A stretch of DNA of 64,000 nucleotides from Octopus bimaculoides (lineage: Eukaryota). The notes beneath the pieces are model-generated. The model saw only the letters and a program-made list of their open reading frames with translations, was not told where the DNA came from and did no database searches. Location of the stretch: positions 73,633,849 to 73,697,848 of the forward strand of contig NC_068988.1 in NCBI RefSeq assembly GCF_001194135.2, read 5' to 3'. Positions 1-11,445 of the stretch are shown in pieces (the stretch's first letter is position 1; each line of letters begins with the position of its first letter). The translations under genes and the position numbers were made by a program.

Positions 1-77
<77 letters not shown>

Positions 78-82
78 ATATA

Positions 83-375
83 GGCACAGGCGTGGTTGTG
101 TGGTAGGTAGCTTGCTTACCAACCATATGGTTCCAAGTTTAGTCCCACTGCGTGGCACCTTGGGCAAGTGTCCCCTACTCTAACCTCGGCCCGACCAAAG
201 TCTTGTAAGTGGATATTGGTGTGTTTACTTCCCCGTAAACTAGCGGTTCGGCAGAAGACACCGATAGAATAAGTACTAGGCTTACAAAGAATAAGCCCTG
301 GGGTCGATTTGTCCGACTAAAGGTGGTGCTCCAGCATGGCCGCACTCAAATGACGGAAACAAGTTTAAGTAAAAG
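83..375 (+). mobile_element. tRNA-derived SINE, family A (CORE-like centre), internally deleted copy
   Basis: tRNA-like head, then CCTTGGGCAAGT (resembles the MIR/CORE domain), then the tail GAATAAGTACTAGGCTTACAAAGAATAAG...GGTGCTCCAGCATGGCCGC. The same tail recurs at 2538-2964, 28066-28217 and 55085-55290. Confidence 0.85.
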
Positions 376-1412
376 GAAAAGTATATTATATATATATGAT
401 CCGAAATGTACAGTATTATATATTCCTCACGGCTGATCTTACCAATCGGTGATCGCTTTAGGAATACAATGGAGTGTTCAATCGTGATGGATATATNNNN
501 NNNNNNNNNNNNNNNNNNNNNNNNNNNNNNNNNNNNNNNNNNNNNNNNNNNNNNNNNNNNNNNNNNNNNNNNNNNNNNNNNNNNNNNNNNNNNNNNNNNN
601 NNNNNNNNNNNNNNNNNNNNNNNNNNNNNNNNNNNNNNNNNNNNNNNNNNNNNNNNNNNNNNNNNNNNNNNNNNNNNNNNNNNNNNNNNNNNNNNNNNNN
701 NNNNNNNNNNNNNNNNNNNNNNNNNNNNNNNNNNNNNNNNNNNNNNNNNNNNNNNNNNNNNNNNNNNNNNNNNNNNNNNNNNNNNNNNNNNNNNNNNNNN
801 NNNNNNNNNNNNNNNNNNNNNNNNNNNNNNNNNNNNNNNNNNNNNNNNNNNNNNNNNNNNNNNNNNNNNNNNNNNNNNNNNNNNNNNNNNNNNNNNNNNN
901 NNNNNNNNNNNNNNNNNNNNNNNNNNNNNNNNNNNNNNNNNNNNNNNNNNNNNNNNNNNNNNNNNNNNNNNNNNNNNNNNNNNNNNNNNNNNNNNNNNNN
1001 NNNNNNNNNNNNNNNNNNNNNNNNNNNNNNNNNNNNNNNNNNNNNNNNNNNNNNNNNNNNNNNNNNNNNNNNNNNNNNNNNNNNNNNNNNNNNNNNNNNN
1101 NNNNNNNNNNNNNNNNNNNNNNNNNNNNNNNNNNNNNNNNNNNNNNNNNNNNNNNNNNNNNNNNNNNNNNNNNNNNNNNNNNNNNNNNNNNNNNNNNNNN
1201 NNNNNNATATATATATATATATATATATACGTATGTATAATACATTAATATATTTGATATATACATATTTGTTTATCTGCCTGTATATATTATATATCGA
1301 TACCCTAGTGTGGCCTATGCTAACAGTGCATTCACACACACACACAGACGCTCGCGCACAAACACATACATTTGTGTATGTACGTATAGATAAATAGGCC
1401 GACATAGATATA

Positions 1413-2340
1413 TACGTGGGCTGAGAAATTCATAGGCTGACTATGAAGGAATAATGCTACACCTGTGAAATCTTGTGTGCATTAATTCCAAATGTACTTA
1501 TTAATAACTGCATTTTTTCATTCCAGATAAACTGACATCTCACTGTTCAAGGAAGACTTCAAAAGTAACTAGTAGTGACTTCTCTTGAAAATAGAGAAAA
1601 TTTGGCATCGTGGTGTTATCAAGTATCTGCAGAAAAAGGCTTTAGCCCAGAAGGACATTGATGCTGACACGGTTACTACATTGGGATATGACGCTCCAGT
1701 TTTATAAACAGTGCAAAAGTAGGCAGCTGAATTTAGGAGAGGAAGGGAGAGTCTTGAAGACGAGTCATAGTCTGGACGTTCCGCAAGTTCCACACAGAGG
1801 AAAACATTAATCGTGTTCACCACATGGTGATGGATGACAGGCGATTGACTATAAATCAAATAGTCCACGCTATTAGCATATCGCGTGAGAGAGTTGAGAA
1901 TATTCTGCACAATGAACTTGGCATGACGAAGGTTTCTGTGGACGCTACATCTTGCACGTGATCAAAAGCGCACTAGGCTGACCACATCACGGCAAAATAT
2001 GACACTGTTTGAAGCAGATCCAACCGTTTTCCTTGAATTTTTAAAAACCCAGAATGAGTGTTGGCTTCATCACTTTGAGCCAATGACAGATACAATCCAT
2101 GCAATGGAAACACCCACGTCACCTTCGCCAAAGAAGACTGAGATCGTTTCATCTGCAGGAAAAGTGATGGACTCAGTTTTTCGGCATGCAAAAGAGATTT
2201 TGTCTATTAACTATCTTCAAACGGGCCAAACCATCAATGGAGAGTACTATGCCAACTTGCTGAGGCAAGCACGAAAGGCTATCAAGACCAAACACCTAGG
2301 AAAACTGATGAAAGAGGTCTTGTTTCACCAAGACAATGCT
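1413..2340 (+). mobile_element. Degenerate mariner (DD34D-type) transposon, 3' truncated
   Basis: Broken frames give HTEENINRVHHMVMDDRRLTINQIV..ISRERVENILHNELGMTKVS (HTH region), TQNECWLHHFEP (first catalytic D changed to N), AGKVMDSVF, TINGEYYANLL and LFHQDNA (second D). A TIR-like start lies at TACGTGGGCTGAGAAATT. Confidence 0.9.
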
Positions 2341-2537
2341 TGGTTTCATGTATGTATGTATTTAAAGATAAAGTCAAATAGTATTTTATTCAAGCTGAAA
2401 TGACTTCGCGAATTGTTACTCAGAGTTTCATGTAACTGATCATCAGACAGTCGTGTCTGATGATCAGTGGGACTCTGTGTAACAGTTTGCAGAAACTCTT
2501 CAGTAGCAAGAAAATAATACATACACATACATCCATA

Positions 2538-2964
2538 TACTCTTTTACTTGTTTCAATCATTTGACTGTGGCCATGCTGGAGCACCGCCTTTAGTCGAAC
2601 AAATCGACCCCAGGACTTATTCTTTGTAAGCCTAGTACTTATTCTATCGGTCCCAAATGCCGAACCGCTAAGTTACGGGGACGTAAACACACCAGCATCT
2701 GTTGTCAAGTGATGTTGGTGGGGGGACAAACACAAACATATACACACACATACATCCATACATACATACATACCTATATATATTTATATACATATATATA
2801 CGACGGTCTTCTTTCAGTTTCCGTCTACCAAATCCACTCACATGGTTTTGGTCGGCCCGAGGCTATATTAGAAGACATTTGGCCAAGGTGCCATGCAGTG
2901 GGACTGAACCCGGAACCATGTGGTTCGTATACAAGCTACTTACTACACAGCCACTCCTATGCCT
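2538..2964 (-). mobile_element. SINE family A, full length with internal (CA/TACA/TA) microsatellite
   Basis: The reverse complement contains head, CORE-like segment, internal microsatellite and the same tail as 83-375. Confidence 0.9.
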
Positions 2965-2969
2965 ATATA

Positions 2970-3265
2970 TAGTCTGTGTGGTTAAAGAGTTTGCATTGCA
3001 ACCGCGTGATTTTGGGTTCAGTCTTACTATGTAATATTTTAGTTAAGTGTCTGCTAGTACATGCCTAGGCCGTCCAACACCTAGTATATATGTGTGCAAC
3101 TATTTGTCTCTCATTGCTTTAAAACCGGCGTTGGTATGTTTGTGTTCCTGTGCCTTAGCTGTTCGTCAAAAAAATCAACAGAATAAATGTCAGACTTTAA
3201 ATACTTGGTTTAATTTGATAGGCTAAATCGTTTCCGATCTGTGCCCCAGCATGTACGCAGTCTAA
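2970..3265 (+). mobile_element. Older, degenerate SINE family A copy, head-to-head with 2538-2964
   Basis: TGTGGTTAAAGAG...GGGTTCAGTC head and a diverged GTGCCCCAGCATG..GCAGTC tail. Confidence 0.6.
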
Positions 3266-3277
3266 AGATAGGAACAA

Positions 3278-3336
<59 letters not shown>

Positions 3337-6300
3337 AACACACCACTATCGCCGCCGCTACCACCACCACCACACACACATATATACATACATAGCTGGA
3401 ATTTGAATTTTAAGGATGTGCGTTTTGTGTGAGTACAGATGGAAAAAGTTACGGTAAAGATTAAAGAGATTATAATGGTGTCTTAAGGCAGTGTGTTGTT
3501 AATTTTCTTTTCCTGTGTACTTTCTCACGTACGTGTGTAATTGAGATCATACCGAATGCTGAGCCTGAGGAAAGGAAATCCAATTTTGTCCACTGAAGGG
3601 AAAGAAGGTTTGTTGGTCAAGCTCTACAGAAGACATGAGTATGGGATGGGGGAAGTTTTGAGGTATCAATTGTCCAAGAGTGTAGATTCACAGAGCCCTC
3701 TGAGCATAGATTCTGTATCTTTTACTCTAGTGGGGATAATTTTTCATTTTTTAGTGCAAGAAGACAGACTTCACTAAAACCATTACGCTATTTATTTCTC
3801 ATTATTTATGAGCTGACGAGATACTGCTAACTATTTGACAATTACTATGCAAGTTAAAGTGCATCCTAGTCACTCTTCCCCCACTAGATGAGGTCATATT
3901 TCTATGTGCCTAAATGTCAGCTCAGTTATAGTTGGAAAAACATGACAAGAAGGTAACTGAGCATTTTTAAATATTGACCGACAAACTACATCTCTAACAT
4001 ATAAAAGTGTTTCAAACCCTTCCTATTATCCACCATATTTATTTAATAGGGAGCAAATATAGGAAGTTTCATGTATATTTTTTCTCTTAGGAGATTAGAA
4101 TGTAAAGAAGGAATTTACGTTTGAATGAAACTAAAAACTACATTTTTTTTTTCACTTCCAACTTCAGCTGCAATAGTTTAATGCTTCCCCTTCTTGTGCA
4201 GTAGTAGTACAGGTTCAATTAATTTAGAATATTATCGCCCCTGAGACTATTTTCCTGCTAATCCACTCTTTTTAGAGTTAACGCAAAAAGCTAGCTGTTA
4301 TTGAGACAAAACGCAAAGAGTGTAAAAACGAAGGATTTTCAAAAAATTTAAACTAGTAAAAAAGTAAATTTAGTAAATTGACCAAAAGTAAATTATATAA
4401 AAATGCCAATGAGGAACCCGAGCAGCAGTAGAGAAATTAAATGACGCCAGTCAGTAAGCTGTACAGAAAATGAGTCGACCAGTTTGAGGCATATGGATCT
4501 AACTGAGGCATATGGATCTAACCACATTTATTCGAGAAAACACACTGAACACACTGCGTATCTCTTCGTTTTCAAGGTATTTAAAACTTGGTTCTGAATG
4601 TTACAAATGATCTTAATCACAAACGCTGCTATACTGTATACTGGATGAGAATGGAATTATAATTGAAAATTAAGAAACGAGCCAAGTAATAGGAAACATT
4701 TTTAGTGGGAGATAGGATCCAATAGCAAGAATCTAAGACGCGTCTATAGAGAAGTAATGAATATTTAATATTACGAATTCACATTAAATTACTTTTCGAG
4801 TTGGTTTTTAGACGCGATTTAAACTTTGTCCAGCATTATGGTGAAGAAAGCAGAATTATATGGATGCAAGAGCTCTATTTCAACTTCACGTTAATTAAAG
4901 AGCAGAAGGGGCAAGAAATAAAAAACACAAAAAGTGTACTTAACATTGTTGTTTAGTTGGGGGAGTAGAAACAACTGCGCTGGCACATTCCTTATTTATG
5001 TGGGTCGAGTGTCGTTATACTGGGAAAAGGATGTTGTAAAAAAGGTGAAAAGTTTTTAAAATTTATTTTTCAGAGCTTCAACTATTATTTCTAACATATC
5101 AAACGACTTTCTTGACACCCTTCCTCATATCGTCTGCTGGTTCAACAGGCGTCCACGCATGCGTGGCAGTTATTGTTATTCCAATATCTGGGTGGAGGGG
5201 TTGCTTTAAAAAGAAAGCTGAAATTTCAGAAAATATTTTTCAGAGATTTAATTGCTATTTCAAGCATATTAAGCAACCATATTTAGGCCTTCCTAATTTT
5301 CTCTGCTAGTTCAACAAGCATCCAAACATGCGGAAATGAGCTGTCGAGTTTAAAAAACATCCAAGATGTTTGTATAGGGTTGGGGTGGGGATGAGGTAGC
5401 TATTCCGAAAGCTGGAAAGAGAAAAGTAGGATTTTTGAAAATTCGAAATTTTGAAAAAATTTTGTTTTCAGAATCGTATTTTTATGAGTTTTTCAGAATC
5501 GTATTTCCACACGTAATATTCCCATGAAGTTTTCATAAAAAGTGAAAATCAAAAAACTTTGTGTGTTTAAGAGAAAGGAATGTTATTTTTGATTTTAAAA
5601 ACTATTTGGGAAATAAGAAGTATTCTGAAGAAATTTTTGAAGACATGACTCAGAAAGTTGTGGGGGTTGCGTATTCAACACATCCACTCCCAATTTATTT
5701 TTTTTCTCAACAGTTTATACTCAGTAATTGCCAATATAGATTATCAATACTTCGCTCGCACTCTATTTGCTTTACGTATATAAGTGTGTGTGTGCGCGCG
5801 CGCGTCTACATACACGCGCTGACACGCGCACGCATGCTCAAGCATCTTCAGTAACCAAGTGATCACGTTCAAATTTGGTCAGTTTTTTATTCCTTAAGTT
5901 TTTCTTTTTAAACCAATTTTCTCGTGGCATTCAATTTTAAAATCTACTCGTTCAAGAAAGCTTAATTATACAAATTATTTTCTAAAATAACAGAAATACA
6001 ATAACTAAAAGACGAATTTAGGCCTTACTCCCTTTACGATTTTACCTCTTTTTGCCCCACAAGTATTTTTGCTACATCACCAGTCTTCAAGCGGTCCTCA
6101 GTATTACATTCCTCTCATTTAGAGCTTTTAAGAAAATTGGATGTATTTTGTAACAGATATATGACACCTTGGTGATGACAATGATATCAAGTGTTACTTG
6201 ATTTCCCCACTTTTTACTTCAAAAGATTTTTTTTTCTACTGCGTCAAAGTCACCATAGTTTTCAGAATTATATTTCTCATTTACAACGTTTGAGAAAACC

Positions 6301-6355
6301 TAACTCTACTAAAGTATATTTTAAAATAACAGATATGATTTACAGATGACACGTG

Positions 6356-6470
6356 CATGCACGCACGCACACACACACACACACACACACACGCACGCAC
6401 ACACACACACACCGATACATTGACCGTTCGATCGATCAATAGATAGATAGGAGATAGATGTATTATATAT

Positions 6471-6510
<40 letters not shown>

Positions 6511-6970
6511 GTGTGTGTTTATATGTGTGCATGTATATATGTGTATGTATATATGTGTGTGTATATATGTGTGTGTATATATGTATACATACGTACATAT
6601 ATATAGAGACAGAGACAGAGAGAAGAGGGAGAGATGGAAAGAAATTGAAGTTGGTTTGCTACAAATGAACAGAAGACAGTTAAGTCAGACGGTGAATGTG
6701 TTTGCTTTGCTTGAACCCTAACAGTCAGAGTCATAGTAGGTAGGTAGTAAGGCGACAAAACCAGCCTCAGTAGTAGTTGTTGTAGTGGCTGTAGCAGCAG
6801 CAGCAAGAGTAGCAGTAGCAACAGCAGCAACGGTAGTAGTAGTAGTAGTACTGACGTGTTACTAAAGTGGCTGTTACCACTATTATAACAACTACTACTA
6901 CTACTACTACTATTACTATTGATGATGACGATGATAATCATGACGATGCTGCTATAGTTGATATTATATC
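6356..6970. repeat. Compound microsatellite block: (CA)n, (TA/TG)n, (AGT/AGC/CTA/GAT)n
   Basis: Read directly from the sequence. Confidence 0.95.
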
Positions 6971-7124
6971 GATAACAAGAATTTGTTATGGAATATGCCA
7001 CATTTTTCGAATGAGTGTGTCGATGTAAATCGAAAACACTGAATCGCTTGAACTTGTCTTTCTCTAGTTTCACAGTTGGGCTTCCTAATCATTTCCAATT
7101 GCGTGTATACATGTAGGATCGGAG

Positions 7125-7265
7125 ACGAGTTAGTTGATTCAGTTCTTATTTTATCAAGCTAAATGGATGAGAAAAGTCAGCCTTACCGGTATTTGAACTC
7201 TGAACGTACCTAAATTCCGTAAAAAGCATTTTGCCAGACTACACGGAGTTCTATCAATCCACCAA
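7125..7265 (-). mobile_element. Highly degenerate SINE family B fragment
   Basis: GGATGAGAAAAGTCAGCCTTACCGGTATTTGAACTCTGAACGT resembles GGATGAAAGGCAAAGTCGACCTCGGCGGAATTTGAACTCAGAACGT of the family B copies. Confidence 0.55.
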
Positions 7266-8860
7266 TAATATTGATTTATACCATAGGTACAAGGACACTA
7301 TCCACCAATAATATCAATAAATGCTTCTTAACTGACGTAATGTTTGTACGGCAGCTGTATTAGGTTTAATTTCATGCCTTTTTCAATAGCATTTTTCAAA
7401 AACCTAAATACATTTAAATTTGGCATTTAACACTAGTGTATTTGCTTTTAAGACATAACTTCAATGTGGATTTTATTTATTTATTTAGCTTAACTGTTAA
7501 AATGTTTTAGCATTTATTTATACAGCGGAAGCTAACACATATTGCTAAGAATAATAACCGTAAAATGATAGAATCACAGCCATAAAACACCAGAAAACAG
7601 GTATATTGTAGTTGATTATAACAAGCTAACCAACCTTAGCATTCATAATTATGATGCTTGTAAGTTATAATTTACAATGTTTGTAATAATGATTTTAAAA
7701 AAATAATATATATATAATTATACATACACGAGTATGTCACGAAGTTTTAAGATATCCAGTGAATTTTCTCCATGTATAGAATACCACTTCACTTTCACTC
7801 AAAGAGGCTTTTTTGTAAATCACAGGAAATTTTCTCGTCGTGATAAGAACGGAGCAGTAATATCTTGTTAGATCCACAGTAATAGACGTACATGTTTTAT
7901 TCAGTCTTACTTGAGAGAAAACAGGATATAAAAAAATATATATTTTCTGATTGAAATTTTATATCTTGGTGTCGCCTGTAATTAAATCCTCTGTGGTGTG
8001 TACTTGATTTCCAGCTTTTAAATCCAACGTTTGACATAAATTACCATATTTTGTGAGCATTGTTTTCTTTATACTTTGATTGTTTTTATAACAATATGGC
8101 ATGTGATTTAAAATGTTTATACATTTCACCCCATACTGACAGGTGAATCACATACTGACATACATTATTAGAAAATATCTTATATAGCTGTCGAGGTATG
8201 TATGAATGTATGCCTCATTTTCTTCATGCGTACTCATGTGTATGTAACGAATTCCAATATTATATGTATTCTTGTACATTCATTATTGGATTAATAACTA
8301 TTCTGAGATGAAAATAATAAATATATGTTTAATATAGGTATAGTTTACATGTATACAAACACATAAAATATGTGTGTATGTATATGCAAGTATGTATGTG
8401 TTTATATCGTATGTTATTTCAGTGTAGATACTCCGCACTTTAGATTTTCAACGGGTGTCTACACACACACACACATATATATATGCATATATATANNNNN
8501 NNNNNNNNNNNNNNNNNNNNNNNNNNNNNNNNNNNNNNNNNNNNNNNNNNNNNNNNNNNNNNNNNNNNNNNNNNNNNNNNNNNNNNNNNNNNNNNNNNNN
8601 NNNNNNNNNNNNNNNNNNNNNNNNNNNNNNNNNNNNNNNNNNNNNNNNNNNNNNNNNNNNNNNNNNNNTACACACACAAACCGACAGTCAAGTACCAAAT
8701 CCCAATCACTGGTCGTGTAGACTTTTTTTTAAAAAATAAACTTTAAAAAATATATTTTAAAATTTATATTGATTAAATATATTCGAGTTTTGTGTACTTT
8801 TTTTTTATCATTCAATCTTAAACTGGATTTTCTGTCGGTATTTCTGGAATGAATCTTAGT

Positions 8861-8866
8861 TTTATT
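8861..8866 (-). promoter_or_regulatory. Candidate polyadenylation signal AATAAA, ~120 nt downstream of the fz5/8 stop
   Basis: TTTATT on + equals AATAAA on -. The sequence is AT-rich, so chance occurrence is likely and the 3'UTR may be longer. Confidence 0.3.
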
Positions 8867-8988
8867 CATGGGACCAAAGTTGAGAGAGTTCCAATGAAGT
8901 TTCAGATCATTTTTAATGATTAATGGAATAGAAAATTCTCAGTGAATAAAAGTATTTTTTGCAAGATCTATTATTCTGACGCTATTTC

Positions 8989-10734
8989 TCAGACGTGATC
9001 CATTGGCTGGGGTTTGGTCATTTGATATGAGGGATTAGTGTATTTCATACGACTTGAAGTATTATATGAGTGGCTTTGACAAATCTTCCCATAAAATCTT
9101 TTCCAAGAATCAAGCGTTTTTCCTGTCCAAATCCAAAAGCCAGACGTAATCCCAACGACTAAACACATGAAATATTTTAACATAAAAACAGAAAAGTCAG
9201 GTTTGTGTTGATATCCTCCACAGGAGCAGGTGAAATCTGTTTCCCATACCGATCGCATGTGTTGCTCATAGAAATAGATTGCTATAACAATGGTCGCAGG
9301 AACTGTATATAGAAAAGAAAATACGCCGATGCGGATCATCAGTTTTTCTAATTTTTCTGTTTTAGCTCGTCCCTGGCGTTTTATAGCGTTCCGAATGCGA
9401 AATAAAGACACAAAACCACCAAATAAAAATGATGTACCAAGAACTAGATATACAAACAATGGTGCAAGGACAAACCCACGTAGATTTTCTAAATTTTGAT
9501 TTCCTACGTAACATATACCCCCTACAGAATCTCCATCAACTGAAGACATGGCCAGTACAGCAATACTCTTTACTGATGGTATCAACCAAGCAGCCAGGTG
9601 AAAATATTGAGAGTAGCTTGCAATGGCTTCTTCGGCCCACTTCAAACCAGCAGCCAAAAACCACGTGAAAGATAAAATTACCCACCAAATTGAGGAAGCC
9701 ATACCAAAGAAATAAATTAATAAAAACACTACTGTACACATGGCTGGCCCAGTTGTACTATAACGTATCATGTTACCGTCACAGGCAACTTTTTCATGCC
9801 CGACAATTAGTCGCATTATGTAACCAATGCTCACCATAAAATAGCATGCACTTAGAAATATGATGGGACGTTCAGGATAACGAAATCTTTGCATGTCAAT
9901 AAGAAAAGTACTGATAGTAGTAGCTGTAGAGATACAACACAAAATAGACCAAAGGCCAATCCAAAAATTGGCAAATGTTCGTTCATTACGGCCGAAGTAA
10001 GGTCCATAACAATTGATAGCACATTTCTTAATTTTCCCTGTGGTTATCCGATTATAGTAATATGCATCATTGCGATTGTCTGGTTGAACTAGTGGAGGTT
10101 TGCATTCACAAGAACATTTTTTGGTACTTGTTTCTGTATTGTGTTTAGATAGACTGTTCTTTGACTTATAGTAAGGGTTATTCTGCTTATTAAAATGCCA
10201 TGGTTTCGTTTCTCCAAATGGATTATATGAACGATCTGTAGGTAAGAGATAATGAGGTTTAGTTGGTGGTGATGGACGATCAGTAACATTCATATCCATA
10301 CACAATGGTTTGGATCCGAATTCAGGAAGTTCGTCACAGTTCATATGCTCCGGCCAAACAAAAGAGTAAACTAACATGACAGGGGCACAGCCAGCTTTAG
10401 CTCTTTCACATACCGATCGACATGGGGGCAAAGGTTTTTTATAGTTCTCCATACAAATAGGTAAATAGAGGCTACACAAAAAAAATCTGAGGTCCGGTGA
10501 ACACTGTATTTTAACAAGAGGCCAGAATTGGTGAACCTCTAATCCAGCTTCTTCTTGTGTCTCTTGGTTAAACTGATTTGGCATGTAGGTCATATTATAA
10601 CCAATATCGCGACACATTGGTACGGTGATTTCTTCACATTTACGTTTATCTTCTTCCTCTTTTCCTTCCACAACAAAAGATAGCAAAGTCAGAAACACTA
10701 AAGTTGAAGTTCGAAGGTTGCATTTTTGTTTCAT
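8989..10734 (-). CDS. FZD5/8: Frizzled-5/8 Wnt receptor (class F GPCR), single-exon CDS, 581 aa
   Basis: Uninterrupted ORF with a signal peptide and a 10-Cys CRD (CEEITVPMC..GYNMTYMPNQFN..AGLEVHQFWPLV..CSPDLRFFLCS..KKPLPPCRSVCERAKAGC) typical of FZD5/FZD8/DFz2. It has seven TM helices with RFRYPERPIIFLSACY and KLEKLMIRIG, and the Dishevelled-binding KTxxxW motif (GKTLDSW). Confidence 0.98.
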   Translation of the reverse strand: MKQKCNLRTSTLVFLTLLSFVVEGKEEEDKRKCEEITVPMCRDIGYNMTYMPNQFNQETQEEAGLEVHQFWPLVKIQCSPDLRFFLCSLYLPICMENYKKPLPPCRSVCERAKAGCAPVMLVYSFVWPEHMNCDELPEFGSKPLCMDMNVTDRPSPPTKPHYLLPTDRSYNPFGETKPWHFNKQNNPYYKSKNSLSKHNTETSTKKCSCECKPPLVQPDNRNDAYYYNRITTGKIKKCAINCYGPYFGRNERTFANFWIGLWSILCCISTATTISTFLIDMQRFRYPERPIIFLSACYFMVSIGYIMRLIVGHEKVACDGNMIRYSTTGPAMCTVVFLLIYFFGMASSIWWVILSFTWFLAAGLKWAEEAIASYSQYFHLAAWLIPSVKSIAVLAMSSVDGDSVGGICYVGNQNLENLRGFVLAPLFVYLVLGTSFLFGGFVSLFRIRNAIKRQGRAKTEKLEKLMIRIGVFSFLYTVPATIVIAIYFYEQHMRSVWETDFTCSCGGYQHKPDFSVFMLKYFMCLVVGITSGFWIWTGKTLDSWKRFYGKICQSHSYNTSSRMKYTNPSYQMTKPQPMDHV

Positions 10735-10965
10735 AGCTGCTTTCCTTACAACCGACCGTGTGACACAGCTACTGTTTCAAAAATAAATAGACATCACTTT
10801 AGCCTCGCAGTCAAATGACCTCAGTCACCCTGTTCTCATCGGATGACACCTCTTTTCTTTTCTTTTTATTAGTGTTGACGACTGGTAAGTAGATTTATAT
10901 ACTTGCGACTTGGCCGTGACAAATAACAAAGCAGATATAAAGAGGAAATGGATAAATGAGAATGT

Positions 10966-11020
10966 TGACGACGACGACGACGACGACGACGATGATGATG
11001 ATGATGATGATGATGATGAT
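10966..11020. repeat. (GAC)n(GAT)n trinucleotide repeat ~230 nt upstream of the fz5/8 ATG
   Basis: Read directly from the sequence. Confidence 0.95.
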
Positions 11021-11283
11021 AATTCCCCAGATTCTTCAATTAACAGATGTGATTTCAGCGTACATTAGAGTTTGGGAGTCAATATTTACAAGGTTTGCTT
11101 GTACGCAAACTGAGACAAATTGGACAGAATGTATACTCATTAATCATGAACAACAATAACAGCTGTACCTGGTTTAATTTTTCTTGCAAAAATATCCACA
11201 GAGGCATGACTAGTCACTGCATCACTTTCAACCACTTTGCTTAAGTTGTTTCGGGCTGCTGCAGCAGCAACGAAAGTAGTGAC

Positions 11284-11445
11284 ATTGATGATGATGATGA
11301 TGATGATGACGACGATGATGATGATGATGGTGGTGGTGGTGGTGGTAATGAGGATGAGGATGATGAGGAAGAGGATGTTGATGATAAGGATGATGATGGT
11401 AGTGGTGGTGGCGGCGGCTGTGGCGGTGGTGGTGGCGAGGATGAA
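11284..11445. repeat. Mosaic (GAT/GGT/GAG/GGC)n trinucleotide tract upstream of fz5/8
   Basis: Read directly from the sequence. Confidence 0.95.

Noticed and set aside
406-1405. Long ORFs spanning N runs (also at 8.4-8.7, 28.2-29.0, 46.7-47.1 and 55.2-56.0 kb)
   Set aside because: They are artefacts of assembly gaps (497-1206, 8496-8668, 28244-28978, 46774-47007, 55336-55725) flanked by (TA)n.
6519-7073. 184-aa poly-Ser/Leu ORF and similar low-complexity ORFs across the window
   Set aside because: These are translations of microsatellites with no domain content.
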